Below, in pieces: positions 29,215 to 39,996 of a stretch of DNA of 64,000 nt (position 1 is the first letter of the stretch; every line of letters starts with the position of its first letter). The stretch spans positions 22,090-86,089 of IMG/VR virus record IMGVR_UViG_3300037086_000458; one strand, written 5' to 3'. Origin of the DNA: a virus. The position numbers and the translations under genes are program-made. Under the pieces are notes generated by a model. That model was not told the DNA's origin, made no database searches, and saw only the letters and a program-made list of their open reading frames with translations.

Positions 29215-31176
29215 ATGGAACGCGAAAATAAGCCCGATATGATGGATTTCATGGGCGATAAAAATGCTTCAGCAATTAAGGTCCCTGATCTCGATTGGTT
29301 GGCACTTTCAGCAACTGATGTGAAGAATATTCCTGTGCCGCTTAATATTGAGATTGTACCCCAGCTTCAGGAGAATTGGAAGAGTTTTAATGACTCAAAT
29401 CTAAATCTTATAGCAAATACAATTAAATCTGAGGAGATTCCTTCTTCAGATAAAGTCACGCCAGAAACCATAAGAGATGTTGTGTATGCTGCTAAGAAAG
29501 ATATGATGAAGGGTATTACTGGAAAAGCTTTGGCTCAAAAGTTAGCCTCAACATACCCAAAGAATCTTATTAAGGCAGCTGGAGAAGACCTGAAGAAGCT
29601 TGCCAATGAGCAAGGTCTCTTGGGTAATGTTTACATCGACCTTACTCCTTTTGACAGTTGTTCTGAAGCTGCTCGAGTTTTAGGTGCAGGTAAGATTAAG
29701 TTGGCCAGATATGTTACTGGTAATCCACGCGGGCATATGTGCTCGTCTCATACTACAGGGTATTGCAAGGAACTCCGTAAAAATGTAGTTGCCTCTATGG
29801 AGTATTCAGAAGAGCTTCTTAAGAGTTATACGACACACCTTAGGATAGCAGGTATGATAGGGCCTAATGATGTTATAGATTCTAAGGATCTTCTTAGGAC
29901 AGTTCTTCTAAGATCAGCGGAGGATAAGAAACCATCAGCTTTAGTAGATCCTACAGTGGATAAGTTTAGTTTTACAACAGTTGAAGCCGATTCAATGATG
30001 GATGATTTTACAAATCTTCTAATTAAAGAGGCTTCACAAGTTGAAAAGAATCCTGAATTAACCCGTTTTATGGAAGTCAGACCTGTTCTGGCCTTTATCC
30101 AGGATGAAATGCTTAAAGGAAAAATAGGTGGTGATCTTAAAGAATCTATTAATCATAAATTTACCCCTGACATTATTGAGAAGTATTCTTCTGAGATTAA
30201 AAGGATAGCTTCACTACAAGGTTTATTGGGTAATGTTTATGTAGATATCTCCTACTATAAAGATGCGGATGATGCCATTAAAGCTATTAAGACAGCGGCA
30301 GTAAATCCTTCATATCTTATTCAGAGTTATTCTAAGGGTAAATTTGATGATATCCTTAGAAAAGTTGCATTGAATACTGGATGTGAAATTCTTCCTAGAG
30401 ATGGGAAGATCAGTAATAAAGTTGCAAGTAGCTACATAGATGATTTGCAATTCAATCAAAGGATTTCTTCCGATAAGGCTGATTATTCAAGAAGAAGAAT
30501 TGAAGCAGGAGATAATGTTTTAAGTGTTCTTAGGGATGTATTCCTGAATACTATTAGCTATACCCCCAGAACCCGTGAAGGTGGCGTAAAAGCTCATTTC
30601 TACCAAGAGCCTGCAAAAAAGTACGCACATAGGGACAAGCTTAAAGAAGCGGTTTATAAAGCAGTGGAGGCGGGTCTACCTATAGAAAGTATAGAGAATA
30701 AACTTATACAACATATACCTACAGCAGAAGCTGTAAGTATTGTGAGAAATGTCATTGCTTCTGTTAAAGAAATAGATGCAAATGTACTTACTAAATGTGC
30801 CGTAGAGAAGTATCAGTTTAGTCCTGATGTATCTCTTAAGAAAGCAAAAAAGTGTGATGATTGTATCATGTGCTCAACAGCTGGATGCACTAAGCATGGG
30901 TTAATTTTTGCTAAGGATAAGTCTAATAAGGAAGATAAGAAAGAGAATACAAAGCAAGACAAACCAAAAGCTAACATAGATACTAAGACTGAAAAAGTCC
31001 TTCTTGAAGAGAATCCTGATCTTACCCAAATGAATATTAGGAAGGAATTTGACATGCCTGATTATCTGGGTTCGAATATTAATGTTTCTTTGGAAAAAAT
31101 GAGAGGTCAGAATAAGCTTAGCATGGATATCAGTTTTAATACAGAAGGCTTAGACGACAATCTAAAAAATTTATAA
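29215..31176 (+). CDS. putative virion protein with internal duplication
   Basis: two QGLLGNVY(I/V)D repeats; strong RBS. Confidence 0.6.
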   Translation: MERENKPDMMDFMGDKNASAIKVPDLDWLALSATDVKNIPVPLNIEIVPQLQENWKSFNDSNLNLIANTIKSEEIPSSDKVTPETIRDVVYAAKKDMMKGITGKALAQKLASTYPKNLIKAAGEDLKKLANEQGLLGNVYIDLTPFDSCSEAARVLGAGKIKLARYVTGNPRGHMCSSHTTGYCKELRKNVVASMEYSEELLKSYTTHLRIAGMIGPNDVIDSKDLLRTVLLRSAEDKKPSALVDPTVDKFSFTTVEADSMMDDFTNLLIKEASQVEKNPELTRFMEVRPVLAFIQDEMLKGKIGGDLKESINHKFTPDIIEKYSSEIKRIASLQGLLGNVYVDISYYKDADDAIKAIKTAAVNPSYLIQSYSKGKFDDILRKVALNTGCEILPRDGKISNKVASSYIDDLQFNQRISSDKADYSRRRIEAGDNVLSVLRDVFLNTISYTPRTREGGVKAHFYQEPAKKYAHRDKLKEAVYKAVEAGLPIESIENKLIQHIPTAEAVSIVRNVIASVKEIDANVLTKCAVEKYQFSPDVSLKKAKKCDDCIMCSTAGCTKHGLIFAKDKSNKEDKKENTKQDKPKANIDTKTEKVLLEENPDLTQMNIRKEFDMPDYLGSNINVSLEKMRGQNKLSMDISFNTEGLDDNLKNL

Positions 31177-31194
31177 TATTAAATTGGAGATAAA

Positions 31195-32109
31195 ATGGAA
31201 GATAATATGAAAGATGGCGATGAGGATGATGGTGATGTGGGTGTTGGTGTAAATATTAATATTGAAGATATCCTGGTTGATCCATCTCTTGAAAAAGAGA
31301 TTAGGGAGATTGAAAGTAGGTATATTGAAAGGGACATTATTAATCCTCCTAAGCAAAATATTATAAAAGATGTCCTTAGTAACTATAATGCAGATATAGG
31401 TCTGGATGAATTGGATAACTTTGAGGATATTGAAAATAAGGGTATTGATAGGAATATTATTAATCCACCTAGACAAATTTCAGAAACCCCTACCCCATCT
31501 ATTACTATAAAAGATATTCTAAAAGGACCTAAGATAGATGTAAAGCAAGAGATGGTAAAGATGGTACAGGATCAGGAAAAGATACCTATTCCTATTGAAC
31601 ATCCTATAGTAAATGATCCAAGTGAGATACTTGAAGGGACTATTAATCCTGCTGAGATAATACAGCAATTAATAGCAGACCCATTAAAAAATGACGCATT
31701 ATACGCTATTATAAGAAAAGAAGATTCTACTAACAATTTATTAGTACAGGTAATGAAGGAGATAGCTGAAGAGTTATCATATTTAAAAGCATATAGAAAA
31801 GTTCATTTTCTTGCAAATGAAGATGTCTCTGAAGTATCCGTTAAAAGAGTAAAATCATTAAAGATGTTAGTGGAAACTATTATAGAAAAAGAGAAGCTAC
31901 AAAACGTATCGTTTGACGGTAAAATAGATTTTAGTGGTGAGAAATTCGAAAAAGTCATGGAATTTATTCTTACCACCGTTAAAGAAACTTTTGAAAAAGT
32001 CGGGATACCAGAACAGTTTAATGATATCTTTTTCATACAATTAGCTCAAAATCTTGAGGGTTTTGAGAAGAAAGTAGAAAAGATTTATTACGGGACACAG
32101 AAAAAATAA
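31195..32109 (+). CDS. hypothetical protein, possible terminase small subunit
   Basis: directly upstream of terL with TAATG overlap; helical C-half. Confidence 0.4.
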   Translation: MEDNMKDGDEDDGDVGVGVNINIEDILVDPSLEKEIREIESRYIERDIINPPKQNIIKDVLSNYNADIGLDELDNFEDIENKGIDRNIINPPRQISETPTPSITIKDILKGPKIDVKQEMVKMVQDQEKIPIPIEHPIVNDPSEILEGTINPAEIIQQLIADPLKNDALYAIIRKEDSTNNLLVQVMKEIAEELSYLKAYRKVHFLANEDVSEVSVKRVKSLKMLVETIIEKEKLQNVSFDGKIDFSGEKFEKVMEFILTTVKETFEKVGIPEQFNDIFFIQLAQNLEGFEKKVEKIYYGTQKK

Positions 32110-33992
32110 TGACTATTTCAAATATCTGTACTAACTTCATAAAGAGCAAAACTAGCTCCAAAGCTGCTGCTGAAAAGGATATAATTGAGTTTTGTTCCGC
32201 AGAGTGGGGTCTTGGGTTAGGTACGGTTACTGGAACTCCCCCTCTTTATCCTGCTCAGAAATTTATTTTAAAATGTTATTATGGATTGGAATTAGATGGT
32301 AGTAGTAATAGAAATATTATAATAAATGATCAATTTAATGAAACTGAGAGATATCGTTTTAATGAAATTGAATATGCAAAATATCTGTTTGATGAAGGTA
32401 GGATAAATAAACCCCTTATAGATCATGCATTTGATCATATAGTTTTAGTAGTTGGAAGAAGGGGCGGAAAAACCTCTTTAACTTCTTGTATAATAGCATA
32501 TGAAGCATATAAACTTTTATCGAGATACAGCCCCCAAGAATATTTTGGTATAATGCCAGAGGATGATATAAGACTTACCTGCGTTTCTACAAGTAAAGAA
32601 ACAGCCTCTGAGTTGTTTAATAAAGTTACGGGTCATTTAGACAGATCTGAATTTTTTAGAAGATATAGATTAGAGTCTACAAAACAATCTATGTATCTTC
32701 AGACCCAAAGAGATATAGAAAAATATGGTAGAGGTAAAAGAGCCACTATATCAATACATGTGGCTCCTTGTAGCGCAAAAGGTGTTCGTGGTCATGGATC
32801 TATAGTTATAGGTTTGGATGAAATGGCCCATTTTTTTGAAGATGAAAAAGCTAAGGGTTTAGTTACTGGTAGTGATAAAAATGATAGGTCAATATACAAT
32901 GCTATAACTCCTGGTGTAGCTAAATTTAAAAGTGCTATCGATAATGTTTTTTGTGGCAAGATTATATGTATATCTTCCCCAAGTATTAAATCAGGAAAGT
33001 TTTATGAAGAATATGAAAGGTCGTTTAAATCCGATGTAAATGATCTGCTTATGATCCAGGCTCCTTCTTGGGAACTTGATCCAAATATGTCATCGGAGTA
33101 TTTAAGAAGTAAATTCAGGGAAAATCCAATAGTTTTCAGATGTGAGCACGGTGCAGCATTTGATGATAGGTTAAAAGGTTGGATAGAAGATCCTGAAGTA
33201 GTTCGTCAAAATATTGTACCTGGGTTAAGGTATAAGGATAGATCTTCTGAGCGTATTGCCCATTTTATGGGGATAGATATTGGTTTAAAAAATGATGGTA
33301 CTGCAATAGTAATATGTCATAGTGTCCAGGAGATAGTAGGGGGTATTAGACAGAATCTACTAGAGATAGATGCCGCTGAAGTGCGATATGCATCATTGGA
33401 AAATAAATCTCATTTTGTACCAGATGAAATGGCTGATTGGATAGCAGGATTTACACAGAAGTTCTATATAATTAAAGGATTGATGGACCAATGGTATGGA
33501 ATGGCTATCGTACCACTTTTGGAGGGAAAAGGATTAAAGCAATTCGAATATAGAGAATTTAATGAAAATACAAATTCAACAGTGTTTCAAAATTTGTTAA
33601 CACATTTTATTTCTCAGACGATAAGATTCCCTGATGTTGATAAGGTAATGTCTAATAAAGTTGGAGATACAGAATTAATTGCTGAAATATTATCGTTACA
33701 AGCGCATCAAAAATCAAAATACATAATAGCTGTTGCAGCTCCAGAACGTGATGGGGCACACGACGACTTAAGCAGCGCATTATCAAGAGCTGTTTTGTTG
33801 GCGTCAGATTATAAAAATAAAGGATATGGAATTAAATTTGCAAATGTAGGAACTACTCAAGCTAAATCATTTGGATTGTCCAGGCATAAAGAATTAATGA
33901 AAATGTCTTTGAATAGACCGTCCAGGGGATCAATGTCCGCAAGAGACATGTTTAGTCGATCAGTTTATAGTTCAAATATGCGAACAAGATAG
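32109..33992 (+). CDS. terL: terminase large subunit
   Basis: VGRRGGKT, IGLDEMAHF, ISSP, GIDIG, HDD. Confidence 0.9.
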   Translation: MTISNICTNFIKSKTSSKAAAEKDIIEFCSAEWGLGLGTVTGTPPLYPAQKFILKCYYGLELDGSSNRNIIINDQFNETERYRFNEIEYAKYLFDEGRINKPLIDHAFDHIVLVVGRRGGKTSLTSCIIAYEAYKLLSRYSPQEYFGIMPEDDIRLTCVSTSKETASELFNKVTGHLDRSEFFRRYRLESTKQSMYLQTQRDIEKYGRGKRATISIHVAPCSAKGVRGHGSIVIGLDEMAHFFEDEKAKGLVTGSDKNDRSIYNAITPGVAKFKSAIDNVFCGKIICISSPSIKSGKFYEEYERSFKSDVNDLLMIQAPSWELDPNMSSEYLRSKFRENPIVFRCEHGAAFDDRLKGWIEDPEVVRQNIVPGLRYKDRSSERIAHFMGIDIGLKNDGTAIVICHSVQEIVGGIRQNLLEIDAAEVRYASLENKSHFVPDEMADWIAGFTQKFYIIKGLMDQWYGMAIVPLLEGKGLKQFEYREFNENTNSTVFQNLLTHFISQTIRFPDVDKVMSNKVGDTELIAEILSLQAHQKSKYIIAVAAPERDGAHDDLSSALSRAVLLASDYKNKGYGIKFANVGTTQAKSFGLSRHKELMKMSLNRPSRGSMSARDMFSRSVYSSNMRTR

Positions 33993-34001
33993 GAATAAAA
34001 A

Positions 34002-37000
34002 ATGGCAATTATACCTTTCCATGGACAATGGTACTCTGATGTAATCATTTATGATGAACGTAAAAAATATTTTTACATGTGGGCCCGTAAGAATAAGCCT
34101 CTCTTAGATGATGAAATCAGAAACATGAATCTGGCTATTGTGGATCAGATTAGAAGATCCATGCAGAAAACTTTTGGTGAAGTCGGATCTCCTACAGAAC
34201 CATACTCCAATAGTTCTGCTGTAGGTGTTAATAGCGCTTTTAAGATATTGTCGGCTTCACCAGCTAATGGGGGGTCTGGGGACATAGCAGATAATTTTTT
34301 GATTACTGGTGGTGGAAATATAGAGAACCCAGCAGTATTGTTTGCAAAAGGTTTTTATGTTTTCCTCTCAGGAAATATAGAATATAATCAACAAAATGAT
34401 ATTGGGAAAGGTTTAACTGATGATGGGTTTACTGAGACTCCGATCCCAGATTTAATTTATTCCCCTCCAGGTATCAATAGAGTCGATATAGTCTATATCG
34501 ATCTTCATTTTTCTGAAGTTTCTGCGGTACAAGGCCTCAATCAAAGTGAATACCAGGATTTAAATCTCAAGAATCCTATCGTAGGTACTGAAACAGCAAA
34601 TAGAGCAAGAGCTGTTTTTGATGTACGTGTATGGGAAAATTGGAGATTTACTAATCTTAACGGTACCCCAAGAAGTCCAAGCCAGATATCTAATTTAAGA
34701 ATAAGTGAAGATATTTTTAATAGTAGTGATTTTCTTGGTTCAATAGATACGGAGATGATGTCTGATCCAAACCCTATAAATAAACATTATAGGATACCAA
34801 TAGCTATACTCTATCGCAGAGGTGGCGTACATGAAATATATGATACGGATATTGTTAATTTATTAGACCTTTATAATAAAAGGATACTTAGTCTTCAGGA
34901 GCTAACTTATAGAGTAAATCATGGTGGGTATACTCAGGCTGATGTTGATGAACTTAACCTCATGAATACCTATGCTGGGTTTACTGGTTTAATGACTCCA
35001 AGATTCCCTTATGCAATAGTTGATGAAAGTGCCGGTGCTACCGGAGCAAACCAGGGTTTAGATACAGAGGCTTTTAATTCTAATTCTGTTACTCCTCGAG
35101 TCCTTGATAATGAAGGTAAGTTCCAAGTACAGGCTTTATATGTCGGGGATCAGGATCAAAGTAATTTACCCGCAACAGGACCTAACGACTTAAATGATGG
35201 GGAGCTTTTAGCAGAAGATATCTCTGCACAGTCTATTTATGTTGGTTATGATGTAGGAGTACCTGGAGCCCGGGAATATACTGACAGAATAAATGTAAAT
35301 ATGCAAGGGATGACCGGGGGATCAGGTGTAGAAATTATTAATGAAACGGGCGAAACAGGAACTGCGTGCGTCAACATTCTTACCAATGATAATTCTATTA
35401 CCGTAGACTATAAAGGTAGGTTAGGTTTAAATACAGATATTCCTGGAGTGACCGGCCCTGATAGTGTCTGGGATACGGAAAGATTTACAGGAACTTTTGA
35501 TGCAGTAAATATAGTCGAAGACATAAATGATTCTGAAATAATCAGGGAACATCTGTTTGTAGAAAAAGACACCTATATAAAACGGGATACTTATGGCCCT
35601 ACATGGAAAATCCCTGGAGTGATAGATAGAGATAATCCTGCTTTATTTGGGTTTACAGGCATGCCACGGGAAGGTGTCACAGGATCCCCTGCAAGTCTTC
35701 AGGTGGTCCCCGGGATAGCCGTAAGAGGCGTTACTGGAAGCCTGAGAGGGTACACAGGTACTTACGGGTTCTATGATATCTATGATGCTGATGGCGAGCG
35801 TGTAGCCACTATAGGAAGCAAAGGGGACAATTTTGATAGACAAGTCCTATCATTGTATGGAACTTCTGAAAGAAGCCTTTATATATCTTCTGTAGATTTT
35901 TTGCACTTGCCTGATAATTATGTTGGTACGGAATTAACCAGCGGGGACCATGTAACATATACAATTACTCTTTTAAGTGGGAATATTACCAAACGGGTAA
36001 CTCTGACCAATGGTGGATATAGCGGATTATTTGAAGTAGCTGATAATATTAATAGTAATAGTCCGACAGGGGCTGGTTTTAACAGGACTTTTAGTTATCA
36101 GTATGCTGTTACACAGGAATTTGGGGACACTGGTCCAATAACTTACATAACAAAAACCGGTGAAGCTTTTGGAGCTGCTTTAAATTATGAAGATCCAGCT
36201 GATGGTTTGTTTTTAAGACTCCTTGTAAAATCCATGCCTGAGATAAATCTCCCTGTAGATCAGGTTGTGTTGAGTATAAATAGAAGCGGATATTCCCCCG
36301 ATCTCTCTGTAGATTTTATCAGATCAGGTGCTTACGGGTCTTCCACATACGGAGGGGATGTATTAGATCTTCGTTTCTTAAAATTTGATTTAGGTGAAGC
36401 AGCTGATGCTTTTATGTTTAATGGGGATGTTTATTTTAATGGTGGAGGATTGCTCAATAAAGTTACTTTCAGTCCTATAGCCATATTCAGAGATGACGTT
36501 TATATTTATGGAAAATTGTCAGCAGATCGATTATTGATACAGCTTGCTCAATTTACTAATCTTACAGTTGATAGAGATGCTCAAATATCAGAATACTTGA
36601 GTGTTTTAGATGGTGTTGCTGTAGGATTTGGACCCTATGCTATTAATGGGTTAAATCAACTTTCATTGATGTTGGGTTCAGAGTATGGAACCAGGTATGA
36701 CCTTAAGATGCTTATCAATGGCGGGATACAAGCTAATAATATTAATCTTAGGCAGAGCGGTAGTTCTGATTATATAGATTTTGGAGTTAATTGGGAATTG
36801 ACCCGGTCCAGGCTTACAGCAGAAGCTCTCGTTTATGTTTTAATGAATGGATCTGTTGATCCTAATTATCCTTTTGGTCTTCATATAATTGATAGACGTG
36901 GTTCCCCTGATCCATATGGGTTGTTTGTTTTTGATGGTAGCGATGGATCGGGTAATCCTTTTAATGTACAAATGTGGATAAAGGGAGGATTACAAGTAGG

Positions 37001-38174
37001 TGATCCTACTGATCCTAATAGTACTGGAGCTATTTTAGCAAAAAGACTTACTTTAGGTTTGGCTGCGTCTGCTGTAGATGAGCAGTATATATTATCTCTT
37101 AAAACCGGGCCAGCTTTTATAGATAGTCTCACTGTAAATAGCTTACAATTTAATGCTAATAATCCTTCAAGTGGCGCGATATTTACTAATCCTCAGAATA
37201 TCATAGTTGTTAAACCTACTACGGGTGATGTTACTTTTAATAAGAATGACGGGATTACTCGCAGGAAAGAGTTCTCATTTGATACATTTACAGACCCTCC
37301 TGCTATAATGAATAATACTTTAAGTGGGGGTGGTTCTTCAGATTATGATACTTTAAGTAGCGAAGGAACAGCTGTCTGGGCTAATGACACTTTGAGTTTT
37401 ACTAAGCAGTTAATTGAAGACATGACTGCAACAGCAGGTAGAAATGATGATACTATTATAACAACCGATTTTAATGTTCAATCTTTTTCTTTTTACAAAA
37501 AATGGGAATATTATAGAAATAATTTCAGTAGAATTATCATAGCTAATTTAGGAGTTTTAAAGATAACCTGGGTAGGTTATGATAATGTTCCAGCAGGATC
37601 AGGTCCTTCTACAGATCAAGATATTGCTATATCTGATTTAATTAATGCCGGAGGTATTAAAGGATATCAATTTAGCTCGTCTCTGTTTAAATCTGATCCA
37701 AGTGGAAACAATGTATTTGATTGGCAGAGTCCTACTAATAATTTTGTAACTACTTTAAGGGCATCTTTTAATAATAATAATTATGTTAATTCCATTCTTT
37801 ATAATCTTACTAAAATGATGGAAATATTTATACCAATATCTTCTTGGAGTGTGAGAGAAATTAAACAAGTTACACCGGGAATAGGGACTTACTATGAAAG
37901 AGTGTTCTATTATCCATATGCAAATAGTATACTAAATTTTAATGTCCTAAATTTTGATCAGCAATATCCTGCCACACCTGACAAGGTGTGGCAAGCAGCA
38001 CTATATCCTCGAATAATTCAGCAGAAGATGTATAGCGTGGATACACAGAATCAGAATGTTAGTAGCGCATATAAGATTTATGAGGCATTGTGGAATGTTG
38101 ATGTTGTAGTATATCCTGTAAATAGCGGGACGTGTAATAACTTGGTAGGGGATCTGTTGATTTCTTATATGTAA
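34002..38174 (+). CDS. large virion structural protein (baseplate/tail-fibre-like)
   Basis: 1390 aa, G/T/N/S beta-rich, repeated GxTG motifs. Confidence 0.6.
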   Translation: MAIIPFHGQWYSDVIIYDERKKYFYMWARKNKPLLDDEIRNMNLAIVDQIRRSMQKTFGEVGSPTEPYSNSSAVGVNSAFKILSASPANGGSGDIADNFLITGGGNIENPAVLFAKGFYVFLSGNIEYNQQNDIGKGLTDDGFTETPIPDLIYSPPGINRVDIVYIDLHFSEVSAVQGLNQSEYQDLNLKNPIVGTETANRARAVFDVRVWENWRFTNLNGTPRSPSQISNLRISEDIFNSSDFLGSIDTEMMSDPNPINKHYRIPIAILYRRGGVHEIYDTDIVNLLDLYNKRILSLQELTYRVNHGGYTQADVDELNLMNTYAGFTGLMTPRFPYAIVDESAGATGANQGLDTEAFNSNSVTPRVLDNEGKFQVQALYVGDQDQSNLPATGPNDLNDGELLAEDISAQSIYVGYDVGVPGAREYTDRINVNMQGMTGGSGVEIINETGETGTACVNILTNDNSITVDYKGRLGLNTDIPGVTGPDSVWDTERFTGTFDAVNIVEDINDSEIIREHLFVEKDTYIKRDTYGPTWKIPGVIDRDNPALFGFTGMPREGVTGSPASLQVVPGIAVRGVTGSLRGYTGTYGFYDIYDADGERVATIGSKGDNFDRQVLSLYGTSERSLYISSVDFLHLPDNYVGTELTSGDHVTYTITLLSGNITKRVTLTNGGYSGLFEVADNINSNSPTGAGFNRTFSYQYAVTQEFGDTGPITYITKTGEAFGAALNYEDPADGLFLRLLVKSMPEINLPVDQVVLSINRSGYSPDLSVDFIRSGAYGSSTYGGDVLDLRFLKFDLGEAADAFMFNGDVYFNGGGLLNKVTFSPIAIFRDDVYIYGKLSADRLLIQLAQFTNLTVDRDAQISEYLSVLDGVAVGFGPYAINGLNQLSLMLGSEYGTRYDLKMLINGGIQANNINLRQSGSSDYIDFGVNWELTRSRLTAEALVYVLMNGSVDPNYPFGLHIIDRRGSPDPYGLFVFDGSDGSGNPFNVQMWIKGGLQVGDPTDPNSTGAILAKRLTLGLAASAVDEQYILSLKTGPAFIDSLTVNSLQFNANNPSSGAIFTNPQNIIVVKPTTGDVTFNKNDGITRRKEFSFDTFTDPPAIMNNTLSGGGSSDYDTLSSEGTAVWANDTLSFTKQLIEDMTATAGRNDDTIITTDFNVQSFSFYKKWEYYRNNFSRIIIANLGVLKITWVGYDNVPAGSGPSTDQDIAISDLINAGGIKGYQFSSSLFKSDPSGNNVFDWQSPTNNFVTTLRASFNNNNYVNSILYNLTKMMEIFIPISSWSVREIKQVTPGIGTYYERVFYYPYANSILNFNVLNFDQQYPATPDKVWQAALYPRIIQQKMYSVDTQNQNVSSAYKIYEALWNVDVVVYPVNSGTCNNLVGDLLISYM

Positions 38175-38177
38175 GAG

Positions 38178-38210
38178 AAAAGGGATGGTTTTTAAATTCA
38201 TCCCTTTTTT
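38178..38210. terminator. bidirectional terminator between convergent genes
   Basis: AAAAGGGATG...CATCCCTTTTTT. Confidence 0.75.
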
Positions 38211-38215
38211 GGTAA

Positions 38216-38518
38216 TTATATACTTGATTTTATGTTCTTCTGTATAATACGACAACTTTTCAATCTCTGATATTCACGTTCAAGTTCCAGCCCCACAGCT
38301 TTAAGCTCTTTATTGAATCTTTTTGAATCCATTTTGCTCACTATTCGTTTATATAATTTATCTAATGGTTTGTAAGAATCAAGTCCAGAAGCAAGAAATT
38401 TTTTATGGAATTCTTCCGAATCAATTCTATCACAAATACGTTCATATAATTCATCAGCTGGAATTAGGAAGTGTCCTACTTGAATCATTGTTTTTTTAAT
38501 CATTACCTTTTTTGTCAT
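38216..38518 (-). CDS. hypothetical protein with short internal repeat
   Basis: DELYERICDRIDSEEF / DKLYKRIVSKMDSKRF; GAGG RBS. Confidence 0.6.
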   Translation of the reverse strand: MTKKVMIKKTMIQVGHFLIPADELYERICDRIDSEEFHKKFLASGLDSYKPLDKLYKRIVSKMDSKRFNKELKAVGLELEREYQRLKSCRIIQKNIKSSI

Positions 38519-38532
38519 GTTTTCCTCTGTTT

Positions 38533-39141
38533 TTAGCGTAATGTAATTTTGTCTGTTTTTTTGTAGTTTCCGGCTTTAAACACTTGTAAATAAGTCCCAG
38601 CGTAATTCATAATAGGTATAGAATAATCGCCAGCATTTTGCTCTTTGTTTACGAATCTACCTATTACCTTGCCTTGCAGATCATAATAAGCTATGCTAAC
38701 AAAACAAGTTTTTGTAAGGTTATAACTTAATATGTTAGAATAATTGTTAATAATAGGCATATTGCTTCTGATTATTTTTGATGGTTTTACCTCAGTTATT
38801 TTGAAATAAGATTTAAAAGATAGACTTGTTATATTACTATTTTTTGTAGTTATTATTGTGCTTTCTGGGGTAAAACAATAGCTATTTTTATCAAAATTTA
38901 TAGGCATTATTGTTATATTAGAACTGTCAGGTATATTGCTTATCAAAAAGGATGCCGTTGTTAGGTTACTCATGCGTGGTGTAAAAGGCTTCCCATTAGT
39001 GGTACCTGTAGCTTCTATGTTTATGGATCCAATTCCTGGTGTACCTGAAATAAGAACTGTTCCGCTTATTGTAAGAGAAGCAAAAGACACCACCGAGAAC
39101 ATCAGAATCATCACGACTGTCAGTAAAAAACTCTTTTTCAT
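38533..39141 (-). CDS. secreted protein with T9SS/FlgD-type C-terminal sorting domain
   Basis: start reassigned to 39141 (AAGGAG; signal peptide MKKSFLLTVVMILMFSVVSFA); C-terminus SIAYYDLQGKVI...NAGDYS...AGTYL. Confidence 0.65.
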   Translation of the reverse strand: MKKSFLLTVVMILMFSVVSFASLTISGTVLISGTPGIGSINIEATGTTNGKPFTPRMSNLTTASFLISNIPDSSNITIMPINFDKNSYCFTPESTIITTKNSNITSLSFKSYFKITEVKPSKIIRSNMPIINNYSNILSYNLTKTCFVSIAYYDLQGKVIGRFVNKEQNAGDYSIPIMNYAGTYLQVFKAGNYKKTDKITLR

Positions 39142-39359
39142 AAAAACTCCTTGGTAAATGGTTAAATATCTTTCCCTACTGATTATATTATACTTTTTTA
39201 AAAAACTCAAGCTTTTTTCTTCACTCATATAATCTCCTTTCTGCCTCCTAATCACAATATACTATTTTAAAATGGTTTTCCCCAAGACTTTTTTTAATAA
39301 CGTACTAATATTTTTTCCCCTTCTAATAAGTCTTTTTATTTTGGGCTTTTAGGCATGCT

Positions 39360-39635
39360 ATGCCTAAATCTCTATTTTTTTTATTAGCTAAAGAGGTTCT
39401 AATGCCAGGTGAGTTAGGTAATGAGTCTGAAAGCCAGCAGCCCGGTTACTATGAACATAGATATCAGCCTCAATCTGAAGTGATGGATGATAATAGATTT
39501 GTTCAAGAAGAGGAGGATTCAAAAAAAAGACAGACTCAGCAGGAAAGACTTATCAAAAGATGGAAAAGAAAACTTTATGTACAAGATCCAGAACATTCAA
39601 ATCTACCTGATGGCGGACCTTCGCCTGGTAAGTAA
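39360..39635 (+). CDS. hypothetical protein
   Basis: 91 aa. Confidence 0.5.
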   Translation: MPKSLFFLLAKEVLMPGELGNESESQQPGYYEHRYQPQSEVMDDNRFVQEEEDSKKRQTQQERLIKRWKRKLYVQDPEHSNLPDGGPSPGK

Positions 39636-39649
39636 GATAGGAATATAAA

Positions 39650-39970
39650 ATGCCAGATGTTAATAAGATAAAAGATGATGTAGATACATTGACAAAGAAA
39701 ATTAAGACTGACCTTGGGACTCTTGGGAGAATATATAGTGATTTCAGCTCTGAAGTTGAATCACGGTTTAAAGATGAGTTTAGAGAACAAAAAGGTAAAA
39801 TGGATGGTCTCGAGGATTTTTATAGCTTAAAGCTTATTGTTAATAGGAATAGTCAGAGTATCAATAATGCCCTTGGTATAATAACCAGATTAAAAAATGT
39901 TTCTGATTTTAATATATCTGAGTTGGTAGATAAGTCAGAAGATAAAATGATAAAAGAATTGATTAAATAA
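39650..39970 (+). CDS. hypothetical helical protein
   Basis: 106 aa, AGGA RBS. Confidence 0.6.
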   Translation: MPDVNKIKDDVDTLTKKIKTDLGTLGRIYSDFSSEVESRFKDEFREQKGKMDGLEDFYSLKLIVNRNSQSINNALGIITRLKNVSDFNISELVDKSEDKMIKELIK

Positions 39971-39996
39971 AATTACTTAAAAAAGGATATAAAATT

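Noticed and set aside
39142-39255. Longer start for the secreted protein
   Set aside because: RBS and signal peptide point to 39141
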